Positions 52,401 through 64,000 of a DNA stretch of 64,000 nucleotides are shown piece by piece. Below the pieces are notes generated by a model. That model made no database searches, was not told the DNA's origin, and worked only from the letters and a program-made list of their open reading frames with translations. This DNA is from Ascidiella aspersa. Taxonomy: Eukaryota. Location: contig OZ004612.1 of assembly GCA_963924565.1 (NCBI GenBank), positions 7,130,001 through 7,194,000 of the forward strand. Reading direction: 5' to 3'. Position numbers and translations under genes: made by a program. Numbering within the stretch: the stretch's first letter is position 1; each line of letters begins with the position of its first letter.

Positions 52401-55400
52401 TGTAATTTAAATTTATTTACTAGACAAGCACACATGGGAAATTGTGTATAGGCATTACAGGAAATGATGTTCGTTATTTTGTAACTGATTGAGATATCCA
52501 GAAAAGAGAAATCCAGAAAACTCTGAAGCACCTGTATTTGAATGTCCCCAGAACTTGTAGCGTATTGACTGTTTTGTAGTATAACCTTATAAGCTAACTC
52601 TTCTAAATTTCTTGTGAGCATTTCTTTAGTATCAAACGTGGCCTCAGTTGTACCATTATTTACCATATTTGCCAAAGAGACGATTTCCTGGTAGAAGAAG
52701 GGGGATATCTGAAGAAAATAGAAAAGTGTCAATGTGAGAAAGCCTTGGTTTGTGTTACTAGAGCTTTTAAGTTTATATTATATGGTAATCCGTTGTTTTG
52801 ATTTCTTATTTTACCTCATTAGCTATTTGGTTCACATTCTGAACGAATCTTGCAATCCTAGAAAAACTTTGAGCCGATGATTGGTTTGCTCTCATAGCTT
52901 TTAATAGCAAACTCATACATTTGTCCAAAGGTGGTATGCTGGGTGGATGCGTCTATAAAACCAAAGGCATATTACAATCTCATTATATTCCCGATTTTAT
53001 TGTAAAACGAAACGTTACAGTGAGCTCATTAGCATAGTTGTTGTGTATACTTTTAACTGATAGTAATAGGTGAGTTTATGAGACATGTGTCCACGTACAA
53101 ATGCCACTAAACGACAGCAAAAAGTTATGCACAAATACCTTGGTGAAAGAACAGTTTGTTGTGTTATCTACAGTTTTCGAAGAATCTGAAAGAACAACGT
53201 AAAGTGATGAAACAATGTAAAACAAAAACGATATTTATAAATAAAAATCTGATCGTTCATACCTGTATTTGGGGAAAGTTGAGTTGGCGTAACTTTTGTT
53301 TTTGTTGTTGTTGATATTGTAGTTGTACGAGATACAGTTACTCTATTCGTTGTAGATCTTGCAGGTACTATGCTTGTAGTTGTAGCTACTGTTGATGTAG
53401 CTGTCGATGTTTCTGGAGTTTTTGTCGTTGTCGTTAAAGCTGTAGTGCTTGTTTCCGACACTGTTGTTTTTGTTGGTGGTGGTGGTCGATTGTGGTAAGT
53501 GTACCGCACTTAAAATCAGAAAAAACAACGGAAACACTATAGTGGCAATGTATGAGGTAAACAATAGCAGTAGCACGTTGGATTGAATATCTTGAAATGG
53601 CTGCCACAATTTACTTGCAAGAAACAAGTTCTGCGCAGATAGCAAGGCCATTTAATTACGACAAAAATATAATACGCTTCATAAATAGTATGCTTTAAAA
53701 GTATCATATTTACTCCAAATCGCTTACTAGAAAAAGTGCCTTTATCCACAGAGGATCCAGTAAATATTGTAGCCAGGCACTAAACATTATTTTCTGGAGT
53801 TCTATTAGATTATTTTAAGAATGTTTATAAAAACAGATATGCAACATAAAATTGTTTCTTACAATTTAACAGAAATATATATTTCACGTAAAGGGCATCG
53901 TCAGTTTCTTTTCAATAGAATCTTTTGCATTGATTTTGCTTTGTTATTCCTACATTTTACATACTTTTTAGAGAGCACACGAAATACTGGATCTTGAAAC
54001 AAAGCGAGTTGTGCCATTTCAGGCCGTGCTGAATTAACTTTCCGACGCAAGTATGCTGCGGCAGATTGTTGGGTTCGACCATTTTTGCCGTTTTAATCCA
54101 GTTGGTGTACGAAGGAGTTGAACCATCTTCCCATCGATAAGACGTGTTGTCACCCGGTTTGCCAAACGTCCGCAATCCTACAAAAAAAACAGTGCAATTT
54201 ACAATAAATCATACACAAACTTATATATATATATATATTCATCAACTTTAATTTAGCTCTTAAGTTCATTGTAAGATTATATGGTACTGTAAATCCCCTT
54301 CAATGCGAAATTTCAAGCATTTGCGTATGGTTGTTTCTCTATTCGCTTCTCTCTGAGGCTGTGTAGCTTAGTTGTAAGAGCAGGGGTCGGCAACCTACGG
54401 CCCGCGGGCCGGATGAAATTCATCCGGCCCGCCGCCTCTTTGATAAATTAGGCACGATTCCATTTTAAATACTTTTTAACAATTTTAACTACGTAAGCGC
54501 GAATGATCCTTCTCCATTCGGTTTGTTTACGTTTTGACATTGTCTTTTGAAATATAGATTAGCGCTTCTTAACCGTTGCGCCGTGGAAGGCTGCCAAGTG
54601 CATTGCGGACAAACGGAAAACGTATTTCCAAATATTGGATATATATTTTTTAGCACTTTTTTATTGTCGGCAATGTACGCTAATGAAAACTTGCAAGAAA
54701 TGGCGTTATACTAAAATAAAATCTCGCTCGCTTCGCTCGCCAGGTGTGCCCGGCTTTAAAAGGTTGACAAACACTCAACTAGATTAACTAATGTTATTGC
54801 GTTTCCTCAAAGTAGTTTTATTACACTTTTCATTAGTAGTATGGATGACGATTTGTGGACTCGGATTTTAAACCAAACAAACGCATTTTATTCGCGCTTG
54901 GCGCCAACACTTTATTACTGCCTCCTTAAATGTAATTAAACACGTTTTTAGGCGCAAAAAGGTTCCTTAACTAAAGGTGTATTAAAGGCGGGCTCTGATT
55001 TAAAGTTTTTTATTGGTGAATGGTAAATAACTTAAAATATACAATCTGACCACTTGGTATCAAAAAATCGATCATTGATTTTATAAATGCATTTTTAACC
55101 ATTCCGTCAGTCTTTTATTGTTCTACTGTAACGTGATTTACATGTCACCATTAGTTTTTTTTTTTTTATAATAGGTGAAGATTGGAATGCAGTGTATTAG
55201 GACGAATATTGCCAAGAAAACAATTCGCGTCTTATCCTTGCAACGGAGTCAAGGACCAATTTGAAATTCAAACTCAATTTCGTTTGCCCACCTATCCAAA
55301 ATGCAGTGTATTCATAATCCAGATACAACGCCGTGTTTCTTATAGCGCAGTTAAGATGACTTTCATCGTGGGCCGATCGGGTGATGGCTAGGGTCCCACC

Positions 55401-57484
55401 CAAATCATTGCATGCCATTTTTGAAGCACTGTAGTTGGCTGTTCCTTGAACCATGTAGAACGATAGATCTGAAATAGAAGATCCGACGTTAAAATCGATC
55501 TACTTGTACTTACAATATATTTTTTATGTTAAACTGATAGATATTTTTCATGTAAACCTTTTGATTGTTATATTGGCATCGCTATTTCTGTACAAAATAG
55601 GTCCCCGTGTAACAAAATTGGGCATTAAACGTTTGAGTCAAACCTTACAAAATAGAAAATTGCGATGTTGCAAGTAATTCGACGCCGTGGCGTAAACAAA
55701 AAAAATAACTGCAAAGCCGTGCCTCCTTTTGCATCATCGTAAACAATGGTTTAGAACCGTGGTGGCCATTTTAGATTATTTTAATCTAGATTTAGATGTT
55801 TTGGTTTGAATCTAGATGTAGGATTATACAATCAAGATGTTAGATGTTTTTTTAGATTATTATAAAAAATATTGTATAATCTAAATTAGTGACAGATTCG
55901 CTATTGACGATAAATATTTCAGTAATTTCAAAAGTTTTTTTTTTTGCAAATTGAAAAAAAAAATGATGAGATATAAAATCGAAATTTCAGTAACTCGTCA
56001 TGTTCAGTAAAATGTTTTATAAAGCAGAAGTCTTAAATCTAAACCATCAAGCAAGTCCCTTTATGCAACTTTATACGGCATTAAGCTTTTAATGTTGATT
56101 TTTTGTCCAAAAGTATTGAATATTTTTCAAAAATCATTTTTAGATTATTTTTTAGATTTCTTCATAAAAATCTAGATGCTTTTAGATTATTTTTTTTGGT
56201 AAATCTAGATGATTACTGTGAGAAAAAAATGGCAACTATGTTTAGAACAGGGTTTGCCAAACTGTGGTCCGCGACGACTGCACAGGTGGTCAGTGGCGAT
56301 ATGACAAGAAGTTAAAAAGTCACACAATACGTTGTGCAGTACGTATACCCTTTCAAAGATAATTGCCTTAGTTATTTACAACCTAATAATTTGAAAGCTT
56401 TTGCTATCCAGTATCGTAAATCTTACTTGTTGGGCCTTCGTTGAAGTCAAAAAGTTGTTTACGAAAAATTCTCGTATTCCTCGTCTATGACGTAATAATA
56501 TATGCTTATCGCCATTCGAAAAATACAGGTGTAACACAAATAGCGAATTGATTATTTATGCAGAAAGAAGCAATCGCATCCGTCCCATTGATGCTGTCAG
56601 TTTTTTTGTAGTATTTTTTTGCTTTGTACTGCGGCCCGCGAAATATCAGATTCATAAATAGTGGTCCGTGGTCCGAAAAAGATTGGAAAACCCTAGTTTA
56701 GAAGAATGTTTTTGTGGATCCTTAGGGTTAAGATTTCACATCTTGCCAAAATAACTATTTAGCGAAAGTTTTGAGGCTTTTCTGTTTCTTCTCCGTTTTC
56801 CACGCTACAACATTAATAGGTTCTTAATGTTAAGTCATTACCTTCGCTTTGCTTTGTGAAGTGACTGCAGTTTTGGACAATTTTCCACTGTGTCTCATTG
56901 AGCATCGTACCTTGACAAAAAACAGTACGTTTGTTGTTTGTTTTAATATACGTAGAAATAATCCACAAATGTCGTACATTTGCTTTAGAATGCTTAATTC
57001 TAAATTCCATCGTTCTGAAAGCGTCAGTTAGCAAAAACCTATCTACTTTACATTTAAGTTTGAACTAAAACGATGTTTTTAAATGAAATTTTTAATTTTA
57101 TATTATTTTGTGTTTCAAACAAATTTTTTTCGGGGGGAGGCGTTTAGTTTTAATGGCATGCTTCAAAATTCGATAGCTCAATTTCCGTACTTGTTCAACA
57201 AAGAATAGACAAGTACAGTAATTTAGAAAATTACAGACATTGCAAACAGTAAATCGAATATCATACTTTTTTAACAAAATGTTAATGTGAAACTGAGTAT
57301 TACGTTGAAATTGCTTACGCTAAAACTTGCAATCACTATAGAGACTACCTGTATGGTATATACTTCCATTCCAGAATTTGTCGACAGCAAACGATTCAGG
57401 GTAGCAAGTCGGCAAGGTCAACGCCAAGGTCAGCAACAACTTTACTCCGAAAGTCATCATAGCCGCCGCCGCAACCGATAGCAT
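46421..57484 (-). CDS. Adhesion GPCR C: signal peptide - CTLD - short mucin stalk - GAIN/GPS - 7TM, about 856 aa; tandem paralog of B
   Basis: 16 phase-compatible exons: 57484-57349 (MLSVAAAAMMTFGVKLLLTLALTLPTC...), 55468-55292, 54177-53965, 53508-53263, 53167-53139, 52952-52815, 52708-52532, 52272-52045, 51739-51611, 51267-51130 (GPS ...CKCNHMTNFAMLM), 50324-50215, 49783-49576, 49210-49102, 48359-48196, 47556-47386, 46618-46421. 2571 nt. Exon sizes 129/138/110/208/109/164/171 are identical to gene B. Confidence 0.9.
47108..47185 (+). mobile_element. tRNA-derived SINE-like copy
   Basis: GCAACTCAGTCAGCAGAGCGACGGACCC...GAGTTCGAATC...TTTTTT; same AGAGCGACGG.CCC core as 38879-38960, with a good B box. 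Confidence 0.58.
48933..49045 (+). pseudogene. Decayed C2H2 zinc-finger fragment in an intron of aGPCR C (opposite strand)
   Basis: TACAAATGTAAAGAATGTGGAAAGTGTTTTAGCCGGACGTCAAATCTTAATCTACAC = YKCKECGKCFSRTSNLNLHKK; a frameshift in the A-run precedes the second His, and a corrupted second finger follows. Confidence 0.65.
51130..51267 (-). CDS. aGPCR C GPS exon
   Basis: AVYVNQTCVAWNYSTGSWSGQGCHLVENSNPPVCKCNHMTNFAMLM. Confidence 0.93.
53965..55468 (-). CDS. aGPCR C C-type lectin domain (exons 55468-55292 and 54177-53965), EPN type
   Basis: NYSASKMACNDLGGTLAI...FWIGL...YRWEDGS...NW...EPNN...TCV...WHNSLC...FVC. Confidence 0.9.
54381..54435. mobile_element. 5' terminus of a hAT/Charlie-type non-autonomous element
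   Basis: CAGGGGTCGGCAACCTACGGCCCGCGGGCCGGATG...CATCCGGCCCGC; matching right end not identified. Confidence 0.5.
55758..56240. mobile_element. TIR element (8-bp TSD) inserted at the left edge of the adjacent hAT MITE
   Basis: Imperfect TIR CGTGGTGGCCATTTT / AAAATGGCAACTATG; flanking direct repeat TTTAGAAC (55750-55757, 56241-56248); subterminal TTAGATTATT and ATCTAGAT arrays near both ends. Confidence 0.72.
56248..56695. mobile_element. hAT-like MITE, family 2
   Basis: Ends CAGGGTTTGCCAA / TTGGAAAACCCTA; 8-bp TSD GTTTAGAA; terminal regions closely match 61053-61453. Confidence 0.85.
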
Positions 57485-59641
57485 TTTAAGTGAATTGCGT
57501 ATCTATAGCACAATCGGCAATAAATTCCAGACCAATAATCTCTATGGCCTTAAAAATATATACCCTTTCAAAAATGGTTTGAAATTCTAACGGGGTGTTT
57601 TAGTGAAATGATTTCACAATACAAATTAACAGTTTATCCTTGAACAGTTTCCATATTTCCCTGATGATGAGCTGTCACCAGACTGGGCCACTAAAGCATC
57701 TTAACCATGTTGAAATGTAGTAGACCGAACAAGTTTTGTCGCACAAACACTTTCAAAGCGGACTTTTTATTCGGTATTGACACGACAAGTTACGAAGCGC
57801 TCTTTCCCACAAGTACACAAAAAATGCCCACACCGAACGCCAGGTTAGTTTTCTATGGATGCTTTTGGGTGACGTAATGGCACGTTTTTCGGTTTAATCG
57901 TGGTATTGTGACGTTCGATACAAACGATTTTACAGCCAAATTGTGACGACCAAAATTCTGAGGTAATTCCACTGGACCGGTGTTTATAGGTAAGCGAGTT
58001 ACATGATAATGCAATACTGTCCATCGGCTGCTGACGCCTTAAAATTAAAACATAAGTGCCAATTTGCAATTCATATTAGGTTGGGTTTAGTTTTCGCCAA
58101 GAAATGCTTCTTTTCCGATTGAATTAGGTCAAGTCAAATCACGTTAACATTTTTGGGGTTGAGTTTTCCCTGCACAAGATGTATGGCTTAAATTAACTTT
58201 GGTTAACTTTACTCTCTCTATTGTAGTCTATAACTTTACCACATTTTTATATTCTTGTCATTAAATAAGACAGTAGTCTATCTGGATGTTATAGATACGG
58301 TATTGAAACCGACAGAGCGCTTACACTGCATATTACCTAACTTCAAATTTAAAAGGAAGAATATCAACTTAATGATTCTCCCTTACAACCGCGATAATTT
58401 CACTGTTTTACACCAAATGTTTTTCACCAATGTGTAGCAATGTTACTGACATTGCAGTGCGCTTATAAATCTTAATCTTATCACTTTATTCCCATTTCAT
58501 ATAAGTTATCCGAAAGTCTTAACCTTTCGTTGTCTCTGTAGTAGGACTCCATATAGTCTGTAAGAATCTAGATTTCTTCAAACAAAGCAATGCAAGTGAC
58601 TTTCGATTCCACATTTCACTTAAGAGATTAAACTTTTGAGCATATTAATCTCACAAAACCAAGCCCAAAACACTGACAAACTGGTAGCAGCACTATTTAT
58701 TTAAAAGCCTTTTTAAATGATGTGAACCCCTTGAATTCACGAGATATCGTCACGGGTTTATTACGAAAATACGAACATATGTATAAACGAAGGCTAATGA
58801 TAATGACGCTGGTTTAAAATTAGTATATGTGGGCAAAACTAGCGCACTAAAAATACACCAAAAAACAACCGGCTGTTTTTTTTGTATCTCTGCTTCTGTG
58901 TGGTGTGCACACCCAAATGCAGGTTTTGGCTCCAATCGTGGCGCAGCGGTCACGTTGGAGCGAAACGTTTATGCCATCAAAGTGTGTCGAAATACATTGC
59001 AAGATGACAAGAAATTTTTTTTAGGGTTCATGATCTGTGATGCCTCGAGACTTGAGTGTCCGTGGAGTGCGGCCGTTGCCACAAAGCACATAGCTTGTTC
59101 TGTCGCCACGTTTATGTTCAATATCGCGTGCCAGTCGCAGAACATGTGTTGTGCGTTTCTCCTGACCGGAAGCTGTGCTTTGCGTGAAAAGGGAAGATCG
59201 ACAATGAATGCATACCAACGCCTTTTTATTTCTAGAGAATCTCCGGGGTGGCTAATAAAAAAAAAATTATTAGTAATACATATGTATTTGTATTACTAAT
59301 AATGTTTTTATATGTAATGTTTTTATATATATATATTTATTATTGATTTAGCTGCAATCAGGTGGAAGTTTTACGCCCGAAGAAAACCTTTTGTCGTGAC
59401 ACTATATACAACGAGTAATAACAAATGAAATAAAAACATTATGGTACTAATAATAATAATAATTAACACACGGTGAAAGAACACAAGAGGCTGCCAGGTT
59501 AAAAAACACGATTTGTGGTACGAAAAGTGACGATAAATATCGGTAAACGAGAAAATATATTTACAACAGAGCACTATTGGCTTTAACTTTTCGATAGGAT
59601 TTTTTGATGAGACTTTTAATGAGAAAGCGGGGTCATGTGAG

Positions 59642-60044
59642 CAAATGTGTAGCCGGTTGGGGGACCTGAGGGGCAATGCCCCCCACAAAATTTATAAATA
59701 TTTCACTCGTAATAAATTGTTTTTTTTTAGCATTTATGGAAAGTACCACAACAGTTGATCACAAGCATGCACACGTTCAGTTGTCATACAGTGTTACGTC
59801 ACAAACGATGTAATTAATACAACGTTTGCTATACAATAATGTAGTTTTGCTACTTTTACACAGTTTTTGCTCTTTGACTGTTTTTTTAGTATTGCGTAAA
59901 CACTCAGTCAGTTGCTGCTCGAAGCGGTTCGCTAACAATGTTATTTGTTTTCGTTACGGCAGTTAACACAATAACAAAAGCTAAACAACAAATTCAAAAT
60001 TTTTGGCTCCCCCCAAAAAAATTTTTCGGCTGACAAGGCCACTG
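59642..60044. mobile_element. MITE with 8-bp TSD
   Basis: Flanking direct repeat CATGTGAG (59634-59641, 60045-60052); degenerate TIRs (...TGTAGCC / GGCTGACAAGGCCACTG) and GCCCCCC subterminal motifs. Confidence 0.65.
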
Positions 60045-60281
60045 CATGTGAGCAAACGCTATAGCTGTGTCGTGTTGTACAAAATAGTTCAAGGAAATTA
60101 TCCCGGACAAACAGAAACGTGCTTAGCCAAACTGTAGTTCGCAGTAGCCGTGTGTTTCGTCAATTCGCATCAAACACAATAAACAACACTCGATAGAAAG
60201 GTGCTACTCTCAGGGTGGGTATTATTTGGTCGACCTACTTAAAAAATCCGCGGCAAATATCATATAGCCGAGTATCTAGTC

Positions 60282-60762
60282 CAGCGGTTCTCAACCGCCG
60301 GTCCGCGTCAACTTTCCTGCCGGTCCGCCAAATATATTACAATTATATTTTCACCTACAAAATGCAAGATGTTGAAGGCTTGTCCATCAAATTTAGAACT
60401 TCGCCAGTTCTGTAATTTTCAGCATTGCGACGTAATATAGAGTTAGTAGTGTACTTTGAACTTTATCATATGTCACAATGCTGCAAGTGTTGTGGACAAC
60501 TTTTTACAAGAGGGCTACAACTCGTTTAAGTATTTAACTTTAAGACCAGAGAAAATTTTCAATAAAACCACGTAAAACACGTATGTTATCACAAAGACAG
60601 CAGCAAATTGTTCATTACATTGAGGTTTTCGTTCTTTGCTTTTGAGTTACATACTTTTGTCGTAAATACATTTTGGATTGATTGTAATTTTTAAGGTCCA
60701 TAGGTCCGCATAATTTGTTTTGTAATTTTACCGGTACGAGCTTAAAAGTTTGAGAACCACTG
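60282..60762. mobile_element. hAT-like MITE
   Basis: TIR CAGCGGTTCTCAA / TTGAGAACCACTG; flanks ATCTAGTC and ATCGAGTC (7/8). Confidence 0.8.
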
Positions 60763-61052
60763 ATCGAGTCAGTTCATTTCAAACTCAATACACAGCAGTT
60801 CATTAAAAGGCGTTTCTTTGTTGTTTAACAATGTGGGAAAACATGATTTCCGATTATCGTGAAAAGCAAAAAAAAAAACGCATCAAATGAAATAAAATGT
60901 ACACCTAATGAACGTGTTGCGCCACGTGAGTACAACTTTCCGGTCGAACAAAAAACGTTATTTTATTTTAAAGAATGTCTTCGCTTTGTGGTTTTCGCCA
61001 ACCTTTGGTTTGATATCACGCCAGGTGAGTGGTGACTGATGGATTTTTAGCA

Positions 61053-61453
61053 CAGGGTTTCCCAAACTGTGGTCCGCGGACCACTGGTGGTACGCTACGA
61101 CTGTACAGGTGGTCTGTGGCGATATGAAAAGAAATTAAAAAGTCACACATATTCGTTGTACAGTACGTATCCTTGCAATAATTGCCACTGTTAATTACAA
61201 CCTAATGATTTCGGAAGCTTTTGCTATCCAGTATCGCAAATCTTACATGTTACGCGAAGATTAGGGAGTAGAAAGTTTGTTGTGAGGCAGATATGAGAAA
61301 CGAAATGAAGTTATAGGACAATTTATTTGTGTAATTATACTGCCATTGAATTAGTTGTTAAGTTCAGTAACTTAACTTAAATCGTATTGCGGTCCGCGAA
61401 AAAACAGATTCACAAATAGTGGTCCGTGGTCCAAAAAAGTTTGGGAAACCCTG
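61053..61453. mobile_element. hAT-like MITE, family 2, young copy
   Basis: Perfect 16-bp TIR CAGGGTTTCCCAAACT / AGTTTGGGAAACCCTG and perfect 8-bp TSD TTTTAGCA. Confidence 0.92.
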
Positions 61454-62302
61454 TTTTAGCACACTAATGAAGATTTCACGTTATCCGTAACATTGCTTTT
61501 CTGATGCATGTTCAAATGTCACAATCATTTTTATCTAGAACACGAGAGTTCAGTAAACTTACACGGACATAAAAATAATGTAAAATCGACAATGGTCAAC
61601 TTATTGATGGAATATTTTATTTTGTTAAATGACTTAAAATTGGGTTGATTTCGCACACTATGATACTTAATGCAACGGTAATTACCCGCATCGCCTGGAA
61701 AACACCAGTAGTCTGTGAATTTCTTGTCATAGGTCAAAGGTGCCATATAAGTCACGAACAGCCATATATTTGAAGGGTTGAAATGGACTTCCATTAGTGG
61801 GAAATCATTTGAGGTCACGATTGTTCCAGGGAACGATTTTTTTTAATTAATTAGCCTACAAAGCGCTTATCATGTAAAGCCTATCAGTTGTCAATTTGGA
61901 ACAACTAAGAGGGACGTAATAAATCAGAATGTTTCACTGGTGAATTGTAAATCGGAGTCCCATAAACTTTTTTTAGAAATATTACTCCGTCACAACTTAT
62001 TTGGTCTAACAAATGTATTATAAACAGTAAAACTTACAATAGTAATCAAAAGAGTGTGATAAAACCATAACCAACCAATCTTTAGCGAGTTCCATAGAGA
62101 TTGTTATTAGATTTCCCTAAAGTTGTATAATAAGCTCCGAAGTTGACATATTGTTGAGTTTGGAGTTTTTTTTTTCAGAAGCTTCATGCTGCTGATTGCT
62201 TTCCACACATTCTCTTGACCTTGGGTGTTTACCTATATAATATAAGTCTTAATACGTTAGGGGGTCATATACGTTACGTTATAGGTCCTATATACGTTAG
62301 GG

Positions 62303-62558
62303 CAGGGGTTCTTAAACTTTTTTTACCGCGGACCCCTAATTTTTTTTTTTTTTGCTTCATATGGACCCTGTTGGCAAGAAATGTTTGAATCTAACTATAC
62401 ATTCAGTGCAAAGCCGTTTAATTTTTAATCAAACTGTTTTTTTTGAAAATTAATTACTTCCTAAATATACACTAGTATTTTAAATAGGCCTTCATGAACT
62501 CCCAAAACTATTTCACGGACCCCCAAGGGGTCCATGGACCCCAGTTTAAGAACCCCTC
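62303..62558. mobile_element. hAT-like MITE, family 1
   Basis: TIR CAGGGGTTCTTAAACT / AGTTTAAGAACCCCT; flanks CGTTAGGG and CTTTATGG (6/8); homologous to 33542-33851. Confidence 0.8.
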
Positions 62559-63377
62559 CTTTATGGCGTATACGTAAATAGTTGAGTATGACATATTCGA
62601 CTTGTGATTTTCGGTGCACTTTTGCAGCCGTCAAAACAAATAAATTCATAAAATCAATGTTAAGCGGTTTACTGTTGCTAAATACATTGTGTAAATCAGT
62701 TGTTAATTCGTTTAATTGTTTCAAAATCCGTGTATATTTTTAATTGCAATATGGGAAATTTAACAAAACACTTTGATCAAAGGAGAAAGTAACACTTATA
62801 TATTGTTGTTTGCACACGTTAGTCAATGCTGAAACCCTAATTAAACCTACTATTATTTTACCAAGACCTCTAATTTGGTAACAGCATTATATAAAAACGA
62901 CTAGGTGATGCTTGAATTATAAGGTGCAAATTTTATGTTTTACCATCACGTGCAGTGTTATGTCATTCAAAATAGGTAATTATATTTATCCTTATAATTA
63001 AACTGCTCGTAAGTTAAAACTTTGATAGTAACATAAATGACGGATAACCCTTGTAAAGAGAATTGCGTTTAAGCTTTACAGATATTTTTCGATCGCATCA
63101 CGATGTGTCAAATAATTCACAGATTATGTTACTTTTGTGGCTCACGTCAAATTTTGAGTGAGATGATAATGCTCAACTGTGACAGCATAATTACAAGGAA
63201 ATCAACCTTGATTATCGGTTTATTCCAACCTCTTGAGATCAACCTTTCGGGATTATTTTACGTCGAAGGCTATTTTAAGTAATTCTTATACGCCAAATAA
63301 TGCGAACCTCTCGTCAAGCGGCAAGTTATTTTAACTATATGTTTGGCAACGATAGATTAAATGTGTACAGTTCAAAT

Positions 63378-63611
63378 CAGTGATTTTCAAATCGAGTGCC
63401 GCGAAACTTTTTGTAATTAAAACGAATAACCTATTTGTACTTTAAAGGCATGTAGGCTACAAGACAAGAATGTACACCATACAATAAATGACTAATAATC
63501 TGCAGTTATTTGCATATACACGTTATGATAATGGTGTTTTGTAAAAGTTTGCCGCGTCTTGGTTCGGTTTTATTAGTGTGCAAACTGATTATGTATGTTG
63601 GAGAAACATTG
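63378..63611. mobile_element. Possible old hAT-type MITE
   Basis: Degenerate ends CAGTGATTTTCAA / TTGGAGAAACATTG with subterminal TGCCGCG motifs; TSD not conserved. Confidence 0.35.
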
Positions 63612-64000
63612 GTTTATGAATGTGGCGTCGAACTAATGCGCTGTGGAGAAAAACGGAAAACTTGGATCACGTAAACCTTTCTGGTAAAAAGAAATTCGTT
63701 CAGGAAACTAGCAACAATAAAAATATGGAAAACATCAAATGGATTTATTTTACGCAAGTTGGCGACTTAGTGATCACAATTGAATTACCAGAAGATGGCG
63801 CACGAGCGAAGTCACGAAACAATCTCAAATGAAAAAAGTTTAATAGTTCGATAAAAGTTGAAAAGGCGAACCTAGTATAATACACAAAGCATTTTGACTA
63901 AACGACATAAATACGCCTAAACGCAATATATTTTTAAGTAAAAATTTTGGAAAATATATAAAGAAATAAGTTTTTGCATTAAATTTTGTTACCAGTTCGC

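Noticed and set aside
53343-53651. Asn-rich ORF overlapping the gene C stalk exon
   Set aside because: Off-frame reading; the acceptor at 53510-53509 gives the Thr-rich frame.
58829-59299. 156-aa plus-strand ORF
   Set aside because: No recognisable domain, non-ATG start, no supporting splice structure.

Overview
AT-rich eukaryotic (animal) genomic DNA with GT-AG introns; an invertebrate chordate such as an ascidian is my weak guess. I reconstructed four multi-exon genes by hand from splice sites and reading-frame phases, all on the minus strand. In transcription order they are: adhesion GPCR 'C' (57484-46421, 16 coding exons, about 856 aa), its tandem paralog 'B' (44661-32568, 18 coding exons, about 1135 aa), a HUNK-like AMPK-related Ser/Thr kinase (21872-8774, 8 exons, 815 aa), and a divergent receptor 'A' (6405-1129, apparently running off the window). 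B and C share the architecture signal peptide - C-type lectin domain (CTLD) - Thr/Pro mucin stalk - GAIN/GPS - 7TM. A has a CTLD, almost no stalk, a short GAIN region and a two-cysteine GPS. The best candidate for an undescribed system is this lectin-tipped adhesion-GPCR cluster: the sugar-binding motifs (QPS/KPS/EPN) and stalk lengths (about 19/334/82 aa) are diversified while the GPS-7TM core of B and C is conserved. Non-coding DNA holds several hAT-type MITEs with 8-bp target-site duplications (one nested insertion), a solo LTR with a 5-bp TSD, three tRNA-derived SINE-like copies, a decayed C2H2 zinc-finger fragment and minisatellites. All gene models are sequence-only inferences with no expression or database support.
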